This document shows positions 1-11,051 of a stretch of 64,000 bases of DNA, piece after piece (positions within the stretch are counted from its first letter, which is position 1; every line of letters starts with the position of its first letter). Location of the stretch: contig BCKQ01000007.1 in NCBI GenBank assembly GCA_001600695.1, positions 574,788-638,787 of the forward strand, given 5' to 3'. A model generated the notes under the pieces. The model ran no database searches. It was not told where the DNA came from and saw nothing but the letters and a program-made list of their open reading frames with translations. The position numbers were made by a program, and so were the translations under genes. The stretch comes from Ascoidea asiatica JCM 7603 (taxonomy: Eukaryota > Fungi > Ascomycota).

Positions 1-131
1 TGTATTTAGTATTGAAAAAAAAAGTTATATACTGTATATGAGGCGTTCGAATGAAAGCTGGAGACAACAGCAGCTGCATTAAACACTAACCATTGTGAAT
101 TTTTGTTATTTTAACATTGTCCAAGAAATTT

Positions 132-320
132 TTATCTATCTTTCTTTTTGAAAAGACTAGAAAAAGGGAATCGTGGTGGAGGAGGAGGAAAATTTTGAAT
201 TGGAAAAGATGATATCTTCCCTGAACTTTTACGAGTAATAGCAGGAATCTTAACTGGCTTTGAAGGGGTACGATTTGATTTCAAGACAACTTCTAAGTCG
301 TTTTTTGATTTTTTACTCAT
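132..320 (-). CDS. Possible small basic, proline-rich protein (62 aa) or gene fragment
   Basis: ATG in A-rich context, GC higher than the flanks, FPPPPPRFP segment. No recognisable family. Confidence 0.25.
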   Translation of the reverse strand: MSKKSKNDLEVVLKSNRTPSKPVKIPAITRKSSGKISSFPIQNFPPPPPRFPFSSLFKKKDR

Positions 321-541
321 TTTAATTTTTCAAATATTTTAAATGATTTTTTTTTTGAAGTATATTGAATCTAAAAGTGTGAAATTGAAAGTGCTTTTAA
401 ATTTTATAAAACTTGAAATTTGAAAATATATTGTATCTTTCAAATTAACAAAACGTTTTCGTATGCTTGAGGCTTATAAAAATACCTTCAGTGGTATTTA
501 TAGTAATTTTTTTCAATAATAATTGAAATATTTTACTCTAT

Positions 542-869
542 TAAATTTAGATAGTAAGATTTTAGATAGATAAAACTTTTGATTGGAAAAAAATAGTGAA
601 ACCAATAGTAGTCAATTTTATAAATTTAGATAGTAAGATTTTAGATAGATAAAACTTTTGATTGGAAAAAAATAGTGAAACCAATAGTAGTCAATTTTAT
701 AAATTTAGATAGTAAGATTTTAGATAGATAAAACTTTTGATTGGAAAAAAATAGTGAAACCAATAGTAGTCAATTTTATAAATTTAGATAGTAAGATTTT
801 AGATAGATAAAACTTTTGATTGGAAAAAAATAGTGAAACCAATAGTAGTCAATTTTATAAATTTAGATA
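542..869. repeat. Perfect 79-bp tandem repeat, 4 full copies plus a 12-bp partial
   Basis: Unit TAAATTTAGATAGTAAG...GTCAATTTTA starts at 542, 621, 700, 779 and (partial) 858. Confidence 0.95.
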
Positions 870-1375
870 CTAATCCTATTAATCAAGGTTAAAGTTGAAT
901 AAATATAAAAAATTTATTCAGAATAATCAAAAAATAAAATGAAAGCGTTGACTTACAATTTTTTATTTTATTGTACTTGAAGATTAATAAATTAAGATAA
1001 ACGTTCATCAAGATTCCTTTTAGTTGGATAAGGAAGTTTAATCCAATTGAATTAATTTCAATATTATTTCCAGTTAAAAAGAAAACATTTTGATAAGAAC
1101 TCCACTCAGAAAATTACATTCATTACTATCAATCTATATTATAATCTAAAACAGATTTATTTCACTCAATTAATTAAAAAGATTCAATGGCTGAAAATAT
1201 TGAAGCAAAACTTTTAAGTTAGGAGACCTAAATCTTAATCTAGGTCCGATTTTGCTCTATTTTGGGTGGCACAGAGTCAAACAGGGTCACATGATTCCAA
1301 CCCATTCTACAGTTAAAGCCTTTTTTTTTATTTCTCCTATAAGAGTGATTTCTCGGTTTTTATATTTGATGATTT

Positions 1376-1449
1376 GATCCCTTGGCCCAGTTGGTTAAGG
1401 CATCGTGCTAATAACGCGGGGATCAGCAGTTCGATCCTGCTAGGGACCA
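1376..1449 (+). tRNA. tRNA-Ile (AAT)
   Basis: GATCCCTTGGCCCAGTTGGTTAAGG...CTAATAA...GTTCGATCCTGCTAGGGACCA. A and B boxes and cloverleaf present, closely resembling yeast tRNA-Ile(IAU). Acceptor stem has an A2:C71 mismatch. Confidence 0.93.
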
Positions 1450-1601
1450 TCTTAAAGTTTTCAGAACTTTCTCTTTTTTATCTTCAACCTCAATTTGATA
1501 AAACTTTGCTGTTATCAATAATATTTTCTTTTTGATTTTACTCAAACTTACTTGAATTTTTTACAAAGCAATTCACTTTTATTGGGGTTATAGAATATAT
1601 A

Positions 1602-2753
1602 TTATAAAAGATTTGATAATTTAAGTATATAATCAAAAAATATTCCAGCTAATAGTAATTTTCCAGAAAGAATATTACTAACAAAATATTTCCAACAACT
1701 TTTTGGTTGGTTAATATCAACTCTGTAAATCATATTAAAAAGTCTATAACCAAAAATAGCAGCTCCTAAGAAAAAGCCTGGACCCATAGCACCATTGATT
1801 CCTGCTAAAGTTAATAAACTCATTTGAACAGTACCTAAAGAATAAAAGATTTTTTTTGAATGATTACCCCAAGCTAAAGCTGTTGATTTTATACCTGCTT
1901 TAACATCAAATTTTTTATCTTGATGTGCATAAATTGTATCATAAATCATTGTCCAGATATATGATGAAAGATATAATGGAATCATTGTTGGCCAATTCCA
2001 AACTCCCATTGCGGTGAATCCTAACATTGTACCCCAATTATAACATGCTGATAAAACACTTTGTGGATAATATGTGAATCTTTTAAATAAAGGATATGAA
2101 CCAACAAGAAATAAAGAGCTTGCTCCAAATAAAAAACAGTTTAATGGTAATTGTAATAATACAAGTAATCCAATTGAAAGTTGTCCTAATAAGAAATATG
2201 AAGCTTGATGAATATTAATTCTTTTACTAGCCATTGGCCTTTCAATTGTTCTTTCAACTTTATTATCTAAATTTCTATCTAACATATCATTGATTGTACA
2301 ACCTGCACCTCTCATTACAATAGATCCAATTCCAAATACAGATAACATCCATAATGTTGAAGATAGTGGTGCAGATATTTCATAAGCTGCCATAATAATT
2401 CCCCAAGAAGATGGTAAGAATAATAGCCATGTACCAACAGGTTTATCTAATCTCATTAATTCAGCATATGGAATATATTTTTCAGGTAATTTTGAAACCC
2501 ATGATTTTTTAAGAGATTCTAATCTTTCCTTTTTTGCACTTAAGAGTAAATCTGGATGAAAAGCTGAAACTTGTTTTTGTCTTGAATTTAATAAAGTATG
2601 AAAATTTTGTTGAATTGAGTTATATTTGAAAATCGGGCTATTTATTGCGATTTTTAATGTCGTTGGTGATGAAACCTTTATTCGTTTATATAAGGTATTT
2701 TGAAATGATTTAATTCCTATTATAGGATTAGGATTGAAATATTTGATAATCAT
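1602..2753 (-). CDS. COQ2: 4-hydroxybenzoate polyprenyltransferase, mitochondrial
   Basis: UbiA motifs ELMRLDKPVGTWLL, RGAGCTINDMLDRNLD, YDTIYAHQDKKFD; basic N-terminal presequence. Confidence 0.97.
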   Translation of the reverse strand: MIIKYFNPNPIIGIKSFQNTLYKRIKVSSPTTLKIAINSPIFKYNSIQQNFHTLLNSRQKQVSAFHPDLLLSAKKERLESLKKSWVSKLPEKYIPYAELMRLDKPVGTWLLFLPSSWGIIMAAYEISAPLSSTLWMLSVFGIGSIVMRGAGCTINDMLDRNLDNKVERTIERPMASKRINIHQASYFLLGQLSIGLLVLLQLPLNCFLFGASSLFLVGSYPLFKRFTYYPQSVLSACYNWGTMLGFTAMGVWNWPTMIPLYLSSYIWTMIYDTIYAHQDKKFDVKAGIKSTALAWGNHSKKIFYSLGTVQMSLLTLAGINGAMGPGFFLGAAIFGYRLFNMIYRVDINQPKSCWKYFVSNILSGKLLLAGIFFDYILKLSNLL

Positions 2754-4098
2754 TATTATAATTCAATAGTCTAATTGAATCTCAAACAATTGAATTCACA
2801 GATATCCTTAACAGTTTCAAGTATTATCAATCTTAATAATAGAAAATAGACCCTTTTTCCAGAAATTTCTAATTGATGAATTTTTACTCGATAAATTTCT
2901 TCAGTTCAAATACTCTCGGACAATGGCACAAAAGCTTAAAATTGCTTTGGATTTGATTATTTTTTCCAGTGTGCACGTGATGGGACACTTTTCATGAATA
3001 AATCATGATGATGACTGTTAAAAGCACGTATTTAACAAAAATAAGAACAATCAATTATATAATTATTATAAACTAGCAGAAATAGATAAACTAAATAATG
3101 TTAACTGCATTATGAATAGGATTCAGATATTACCTTTTAAATTCACTGGAAGATATGAAGTTCATCTTTGATATGTGAATTCCTATTTAACCTCGGTTAG
3201 AATTCAAAGTCAATTGAGTAGATAGTAAAATCTTCTTTTTGAATGATAAAAATTTAAATTCAGGTTTATAATAGAGATAAAAAAATTAATAAACCAAATA
3301 TAATCACATATAAAAAAAGTAAAGGATATTTAAATAATTGGATTTTAATTGTATTATTGAAATTATCGAGTGTATTGAGTTAAAATGAAATTAATTAATT
3401 AAGATTATTAGCTAAAATTGCCATAAATTTAAAATATAAGATCAATAGAAATGAAATTAAATATGTAATAAAGATATTTTTTGATTTCAATTGTTGTATC
3501 GGAAAGATATGGTGAAAAAGATTTTTTATTAATTGAGTAAAAATGGATTTCATTGAATTTTAATTACTTCAAATGATAGGTATTATTAAATGGGATTTGA
3601 AATATTCAGCGTTTGAGGAGTATAAATTTATAAACGATTTCAGGAATTTGAGAAGCTTTTCAATTTCCAGTTGTATATTTTAGTTGAATTTAGTTTAAAT
3701 TTACCAGGAACTAAGAAAAATGATACAATATTTTCATGTCAAAATAAAACTTTTAAAAGATTGTTTTTCAAATAAATCTTAAAACCAAACTAAAGATGAT
3801 CAGAACAAAAATAAGAAAAATAAAGATAAAGATAAAGATTAAGAAAATAATAATTTTTTATAAAAAGCCACCATTTAATAGTGAATATTATTTGAGATCA
3901 AAAGAATTTTATGAAAATTTATATATAAGTACAGATTTATCATTATTTAATTTCATCATCAACTAATCAAACAGATGTTCTACCATTTTAAGATTTTAAA
4001 ACTAGATATTTTAAAAATAGGTTAGTTAATAAACTATATTTTACAAATAAATACTCAGTTGAAGTTGAATTAATCATTCATAAAAATTAGAATGCTAA

Positions 4099-4835
4099 GT
4101 TGAAATTCAAGCAAAAAGAGTAAACTATAATTCAGGATTAGCATTTGGAGGTTTTAAAATTAGAAAACAAAAATATATTACATTTGATGGAAATTATGAG
4201 ATATTAGTTTCAATTAATGGTGTCTAAAGTAGTTAAATAGTGACAGCAGTTGTCAAAATTTAGGTTTTGAAGATGTTTTAGTTTGAGAAGATCAGGTACT
4301 GAATTCTCAAGATAAAGATACTTGTGATAGAGTTGCTAATATTGAATTATCAAGAATTATGGGAGCAGATATTAAATTAAATCTTTCAAAATTTGATATT
4401 GGTACTAGAAAATCATGGGAAAACGCATTAATAGATTGTGAAGATAAAGGTTTAAAGCCATATCCAATTCCTGTAGAATATTGAGAAAAACATTTAAAAG
4501 GTGGATTAGGATTTTTTGGATATTTTGAAGAAATATTTAAGCAAAAAAAAAGAATTAGAATTCAAACTCGATAAAATTGTTTTTTGAACAGTTACTACAA
4601 GTAGTTTAGCAAGATTAGTTGTTGGTGCTAAAATTTATAATTGAACACAAAATATTATCGGAATTGATATATTATACATAACTGGTAAAACTAGAGATCA
4701 AGTTTTAGGAATTTGTCAAAATATTGCAAAATTACTTGAATTGAAAAAATCACTAACTGAAATGATATTCAGGATCGACTTGCATTTCTTGGTTATAGTT
4801 TTCCGAATAATGAAACAATTGAAGCTATTCAAATT
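4099..4835 (+). pseudogene. Decayed 1-aminocyclopropane-1-carboxylate (ACC) deaminase
   Basis: Manual translation across frames gives [77 protein letters not shown] and FPNNETIEAI, collinear with recalled ACC deaminase sequences. Multiple in-frame stops (e.g. TAA at 4225 and 4234), frameshifts, and no C-terminal DPVYEGK part. Ends approximate. Confidence 0.9.
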
Positions 4836-6474
4836 TTTATGATAGCCTACTAATATCGATAATCCTATTGCTGATCCAGCTCTTGCAGTAATCTTAGCAA
4901 CATTAATGAAAAACAAAAAAATATTCTCTCTTATTTTATTCTACCTCAATAATATAATTTTTCTGGTAAAGCGAGGAGTAATTTTGTAGTATCTAAGGTA
5001 TTTCAAATAGATAAAAACAAAATGCCAAAAAGAGCGGAAAACAGAGCTGAAACAAGAAAATACTTATTTTTAAATAACTATTTTCTGAAATTACTTTGTT
5101 TTGGGAATTATTTACGAACATTCTAGCCTGGAAATAGCAATATCATTTTTTTTTTAAATTTTTTTTACATTCGAGAAAATTACAAAAATATTTTAACTTC
5201 ACTGTAAAGTAAATTTATACGGATATGTAGCGGATAGAAACCAATTTGGCCGTTTTAAACTCAATAATTTTTATTATTGTTTGTAGCTAATTTCAGTCTC
5301 AGCCATGCCTTGCAATATAATTTCATAAAAATAAATTACATTTTTGAACCCAAAACTATTGTAAGGAAAGCTTTAGTCAAAGTTTATACGTTGCACCATT
5401 TTTTTTTCTAGTTCAATTTAATTTTAAAATCAATAATTTGGCTCTGATTATTTATAGCGATTTTGAGTTTTTCATTTGAATATGCTTACATGGCTGCTCT
5501 TTTTTTTTTTTATTTCCTTATTTGTGGAAAGGGTTAACTAATTGGAATGGGAATCTAAGGTTCTCTTTCAAAAAAATACGAAAAGAAAAAGAATTGTGGA
5601 AAGTTTTTATTTCAAAGAAAGTGACTCCTTGATTTGATTATGAGTTCGAAATCGAAGCTTTATACAAGTCTGGCCATTAATAAAGTTGGAAAATGTGAGG
5701 AAACTCGAAATCTGGCAATGTGAAAAAGATAAAGTGGAAACGAAAATGTGGAAATGTGGGAGTGAAAGTCACGATTGGATGGTAATTTGATTGGAATTCT
5801 CTAAATTGAACCAGTATCTGTAAAGATAGGTGTAAGCACAGCAGTAAGCATGCTTTGGAAACGTGCTAAACCTTAAGTATTTCACGTACAGACACGTAAC
5901 TAGTGTTAATGCTGCATTATGCATATGGAGAACCGCACCACAAAACTAAATATTTGAACTATTGCCCAGATTTCCAATCTATTTTCTTAACTACTATTAT
6001 AACATTACTACAATACTTTATGAAGGTTTCAAACATAAAATACTACTGCACAAGAAGAAATCTTTTAGATGAAATCAGAAAATAATTTGAAAAAGAGCGA
6101 TTGAAAGTTATTTGCTTTACTTTTACTGTGAATTAGAAGTTTATGGAAACTATCGAAAATGGTAATCCTGTATATTGAAAAATATATCATAAAATTCCAC
6201 GAATTAATTTTAGAAAAAAGAATTATTGAACATAGATATATGCAAAAAAAAAAGTGATTAACAGAACAAAAAAGAAAATCAGAGTGATTTGCTAAACTAT
6301 ACGAGCAAACAGGGGAAAATAATGTTTAAAGGTAACGATTAAACAATGAAAAATTCAAAAGTTATTAAAATAAAATTTAATAGTATAAAATAAAAATAGA
6401 AAATAAAAATAAGATAGTTTTGGAGGTAAAAGACTAGGTAAAATAAATCATCTAAATACTTTGTATATTTCTAT

Positions 6475-8988
6475 TCAAAGCCATAATAAAGAAGATATTG
6501 CTAATACTAATAAATTGAAGCAACTTTTAATAGAAATTGAATTTCCAAAATTTTCAAATTCTGTAATAGAAACTGAAGAGATGGAAGAAGAAGAAAAGGA
6601 TTGTTCAATTGTAGCACTTGCTTCTAATTTAGACAGCGGATTAGAAAAACTTTCTTTACTGAAACTAGCTGTAGTGATACTATAGCTTCCAGAATTCCCT
6701 AAACCTTTATTTGTAGCATTAGTGACTTCTAAAGCTGCGCTAGTAGTGAATTGAGATTTAGATTTGGCACCGGCTTCTACACTTAAACCAATACTTGATT
6801 TCGCATTAATTGATTCTACATTAGATGTAGTTGAATGTTTAATTGTTGAAGTTGATATATTGCTAAATTCCAAGGATGTTTCAGAAACAGATGCAGATTC
6901 TTTTGATGGTCCAGTTGATGTTGAAACATGTGTTTTAATTGAGTTTTCTTTAGTATAAGTGATTGATATTGTTGAGCTTTTTGGAGTATTTGACACAGGT
7001 AATGAAGTAGTTACGATTAAATCTGTACTTAAAACATTTGTAGAATAAGAAATAATTATACCCTGAGTATTTGTAACTGGACGAACAGATGTTAGTACTG
7101 ATTTACCAGTGGCTGTTAAGGGACAATATGTTGTATAAGAAATGCTTGTGCTGTAAATAGTTTCAGTTACAAGTTCTCCTTTATCATTAGTGGTAGTAAC
7201 ACAAGACTTAGAAACTAATGTTGATGCAACTGTTTTAGTTTCGCTTCCTAATGTGATAGGAACTGTATCGAGAATTTCCGTACATGAGATTCTGGAACCA
7301 TCTGTAGTTGTGTACTGAGTTATTGTCAATACAATTTGGCTAATATCAGAAACAATAATTGTTGATGCATTTTCTACTGAAGTTGAAACAGAATCAGTAC
7401 TAGTAGTGGAAACTGAAGTTTTAAAATTTGTAGTTGTAGATTCGAGAAATGAGGCTGTAATTCCACTTGTTTCAGTAGTTCCAGTAGTTCCAGTAGTTTC
7501 AGTAGTTCCAGTTACTTTAGAATAAGATAAGCTTGAATTAAAATATTGACTAGAATATTTAATAAATTGAAGTGAACTCATTGAAGAAGGATTAGTGATG
7601 GACTTTGAAGTAGTTGAAGAACCTAAGTTACTTATAGTAGATGATTTTATAAGGGAATTGGAGATTAAATTTGATGATGAAGGAAGAGAAATTGAAGAAC
7701 TGATTGAATTTAACAATGAATCTGAAGTGGATAATGATAGTGAAGAAGTTGAGCTAGATGATATGGGAAAGCTTGAACTAGAAGTAGTGCCAGAAGTATA
7801 AGAAGGTGTGATCGATGAAGAGGAAGTGATACTGGAACTATAAGTAAAGGAACTATGGCTTGAAATTAAACTACTTGGAGCTGATGAGATTAAACTAGAA
7901 GTAAAAGAAGAGGTGCTAATTAACATGGAAAAAGCTGAGCTTGATGATATAATTTGAGATGAAGAAAATGAATAAACAGATGAAGAGAATGGTGGCAAAG
8001 AAGATGTTAAAGAGGAAGAAGATTGGTATAAAATCGATGAGGAATATGAAGAAATTTCAGATGAAGGTGGAGTTGATACGATTGTTGAGGAAGATAAACT
8101 AGTAGATGAATATAGTGCTGCTGATGACGATGACGATGGCGATGACGATGGCGATGACGATAGCGATAACGATGGCGATAACGATGACGATGAAAAAGTA
8201 TATAAGAAGAATGATGGTAATGAAGATGAAGGAGCTGAAGGGGATGAAGATGGGTAGGAAAATGAAGAAGAAGAAGGAGATATCAGAAGGGACGATGATG
8301 CAGATGAGGAGTATGAGGAGAGGGAACTGGAAGAATATTGAGAATTTGATAATGAACTAGTAGAACTTGAGGAGGCTAAACTAGAAGTTTGTGGACCACA
8401 ATTTGTATCCCAGCAGAAAGATGGAATATCAAAAAAAGCATTATCATTATCGGCAGAACCACAACCCATAGTATAAGTCAAATGATAATACGAGTTTCTT
8501 TTCTTTTTCAGCGCAGTTGCTGTAGTAAATGAATGAGTGAAAACAAAAGTTATATCGAGTGATGGAAAACAGGTTTTGTCACTTGTAGTATCTGGATAAA
8601 TAAGGAAATCGTAGGTCCAATCACAAGGACCTGTAACAAAATTATCACTTCCATAACTATAAAGATATGTATAACTATTAGTTACACTAGCATAATTATA
8701 ATAGACAGCTTGAATTGTATTTGTTGAAGCAATTGAAATACATTCTGAAGAGTAATAACTTAAAGTCATATAGTAACGACTATATTGGGGTTCATAAATA
8801 GGAGAAGAATATGTCCAAGTAGCAGCAGGTTTTGAAGAATCTGAAGTTGCAGTGTTACATTGCAAAGACCCGGGACAAGTTGCTGATGTTGCCGTTGTAG
8901 TAGGAATAGAAGTCATGACACCATCTGAACAGATTAAATGGACAGAAATACTAACTAAACATAAAAGGAAAGAAAGAGGAAAAAGCAT
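6475..8988 (-). CDS. Flo11-domain, Ser/Thr-rich, putatively GPI-anchored cell-wall adhesin
   Basis: Signal peptide; N-terminal domain CPG...YLYSY...GPCDWTYDFLIY...CFPSLDITF...MGC...DIPSFCWDTNC follows the Flo11 A-domain pattern; long Ser/Thr stalk; TTYCPL motif; hydrophobic GPI-type C-terminus. Confidence 0.85.
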   Translation of the reverse strand: MLFPLSFLLCLVSISVHLICSDGVMTSIPTTTATSATCPGSLQCNTATSDSSKPAATWTYSSPIYEPQYSRYYMTLSYYSSECISIASTNTIQAVYYNYASVTNSYTYLYSYGSDNFVTGPCDWTYDFLIYPDTTSDKTCFPSLDITFVFTHSFTTATALKKKRNSYYHLTYTMGCGSADNDNAFFDIPSFCWDTNCGPQTSSLASSSSTSSLSNSQYSSSSLSSYSSSASSSLLISPSSSSFSYPSSSPSAPSSSLPSFFLYTFSSSSLSPSLSLSSSPSSSPSSSSSAALYSSTSLSSSTIVSTPPSSEISSYSSSILYQSSSSLTSSLPPFSSSVYSFSSSQIISSSSAFSMLISTSSFTSSLISSAPSSLISSHSSFTYSSSITSSSSITPSYTSGTTSSSSFPISSSSTSSLSLSTSDSLLNSISSSISLPSSSNLISNSLIKSSTISNLGSSTTSKSITNPSSMSSLQFIKYSSQYFNSSLSYSKVTGTTETTGTTGTTETSGITASFLESTTTNFKTSVSTTSTDSVSTSVENASTIIVSDISQIVLTITQYTTTDGSRISCTEILDTVPITLGSETKTVASTLVSKSCVTTTNDKGELVTETIYSTSISYTTYCPLTATGKSVLTSVRPVTNTQGIIISYSTNVLSTDLIVTTSLPVSNTPKSSTISITYTKENSIKTHVSTSTGPSKESASVSETSLEFSNISTSTIKHSTTSNVESINAKSSIGLSVEAGAKSKSQFTTSAALEVTNATNKGLGNSGSYSITTASFSKESFSNPLSKLEASATIEQSFSSSSISSVSITEFENFGNSISIKSCFNLLVLAISSLLWL

Positions 8989-10514
8989 TCTTGAATAATT
9001 GAAGTTTTCTTTTTTAGAATTTGGCCTTTTACTATTACTTCTTCTTCAAAGTTAATGAATTTGAATTCAATTATTTTTCTTTTAATTCGCAGAATAGTAT
9101 ATTTATTAAAACTGAAAAATAATGCTCTTTTGAAGAAGAAATTAAGGTCTTTAAATAGCAGAAAAAATTACATTTTAATTGAAAAAATTCTTTCTGCTCA
9201 TTTGAAAGTTACTCAATAGTAATATTGGGCAATGAGAACAATCATTCACTTGATGTTTTTTACAAGAATGAAAAAGAAAAAATAATTTCTCAAGCTAATA
9301 AAGTAATTAAAAAAACAGAGCCCCTAGTTCCAAGCTCATTGAATCTGCTCAATATCAATATATTGTATGTTAATCAAGCTTTTTTTAAACATAGCTTTAC
9401 GTTGCTACGAGATTTGGAAACATCAAAAATAACTGGCTCAAAATAACAGAGTAAGTAAGGGAGTACCAAATAATACATTAAAGTTTTGAAAAAACAAATA
9501 AGCTTTGGCGTTCTAAACTTTATTGAAACAATTTCATAAATCAGAGTTGGCTGCTTGGAATTTTTCAATTTTACTGTGATTATTTTTCCAAAAAAAAAAA
9601 GCTAGTAATTTGGATAGCAATGGCGAAATGTTGAAATTAAAAAAACTGGGTAGAGATTAGTTGAAAATGACTCTTTTACTTCTTGTTTCAATTCAATGAA
9701 TTTTCTGAATTAGATTTGAAAAGCCTGAGAATTTCGAGTAGCAATGAACAAAAAAACAAAAAAACAGAAAAAGAATTATTTCGTTTGAGATGTGTTATAG
9801 TAAAATTTTAATTTAATTTTAATTTGAAGAGGATTAATTTGGTTGTTAGAGTTCAAGAAAAGACAGAAAACCCTCTTGAGAAAAGTTTTTGAATGAACGA
9901 AAACTGCTCACTCTCAACAAAATTATGGGTAGAGCCTCAGATTTATTGCGTTGCAATTAAAGAGTGCGGTACTTACTCAGTTTAGCAAATGCATGACAAA
10001 TACAAAATGCATCAAAAGGCATAAGCAGAAATATGCATCAACAACAATTAAGCCAAGCTATCTATAATGCATTTTAATGCACGCTAAACACAAAAAGAGT
10101 ATTTTTGTACCTACAGCTTTATACAAGTTTTGGTATTTCGTAGTATCAATAAAATACGCGTTCCGGGAAATATCTCGTGACTGACTTTTGCGAGAACTTC
10201 AAGAACCGGAGTGGAACAAAAAGAAATACCACAAAAGAATAAATCAATTCTTGTTTACCCATTGGAGAATCGCTCTCTCATAGGTAATTAATAAAGAACT
10301 AGCAACACAACATTGAAATCTTCCTCAAAATATCTTCGAACCTTATGCCTTGACTGGTTTATTTTCAATAAAAAAAAGAAATTCACATTTTTGTCTATTT
10401 CCAGAGGTATCATTTAAAAGTTTTTTCACATTTAATCTCTTGGTTAGTAGCTGAGAATATTGTAACGTTAACACCAGACAATGCAGTTCCAAAAGCCTGG
10501 GTCAGTTAGCGGGA

Positions 10515-10577
10515 GTCACGTGTTCTGGTCACCAAACACTGCTAGAGACTCGCATACGAACTAAACGAGGCGTACGA
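10515..10577. promoter_or_regulatory. Sterol-regulatory-element cluster plus E-box in the adhesin/UPC2 divergent promoter
   Basis: GTCACGTG at 10515-10522. On the minus strand: TCGTATG (10553-10559), TCGTTTAG (10561-10568, Upc2 AR1/SRE consensus) and TCGTAC (10572-10577). A further TCGTATA lies at 10954-10960. Confidence 0.6.
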
Positions 10578-11051
10578 GCCACTCCCAGTCGTCCACTTAT
10601 TCTACACTGTTGACAAATTTGATATTTCGAGTAGAAAACATCATTTTGAAGGAAATTTAAGGAAACTAAAGGAAAATATAAAGGGAATTGAAAACAAAAC
10701 AATAGAAATTATCACAATCCATTTATTCAACTCTCATTATTCACTAATCTTATAAAAGAATAAACATTATCAATACTTCATTACACTACTAGTATTCTTA
10801 GGATTAACCAGAAATCTATCAAGTTCTTTGCTTTACGTATTATTGTTGTAACTAAGATTATCCTTTTTAGCATTAATACTTCAAAAACAAAGATTATAAT
10901 CTCAATCTTTGACAGATCAACATTATCTTATATTAAACGCAATTATAATATCCTATACGATCATTTTCATATTTATATTAGTTTTCCTTTATATATACTT
11001 ATATATCTGTTTATCCTTCGTAAAGTATTTCTTTTTTTTTTTTTTTGAAAA

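Noticed and set aside
542-869. Possible CRISPR-like array
   Set aside because: The units are contiguous and identical with no unique spacers, there are no cas genes, and the context is eukaryotic.
3340-3720. Possible decayed gene (RYFLISIVVSERYGEK..., LLQMIGIIKWDLK), vaguely cyclin-like or MFS-like
   Set aside because: The fragments are too short and fit two unrelated families equally weakly. A frameshift-aware search would be needed.
4280-4645. In-frame TGA codons read as Trp (mitochondrial insert or alternative code)
   Set aside because: The TGAs do not align with Trp in ACC deaminase and co-occur with TAA stops and frameshifts, so this is ordinary decay.
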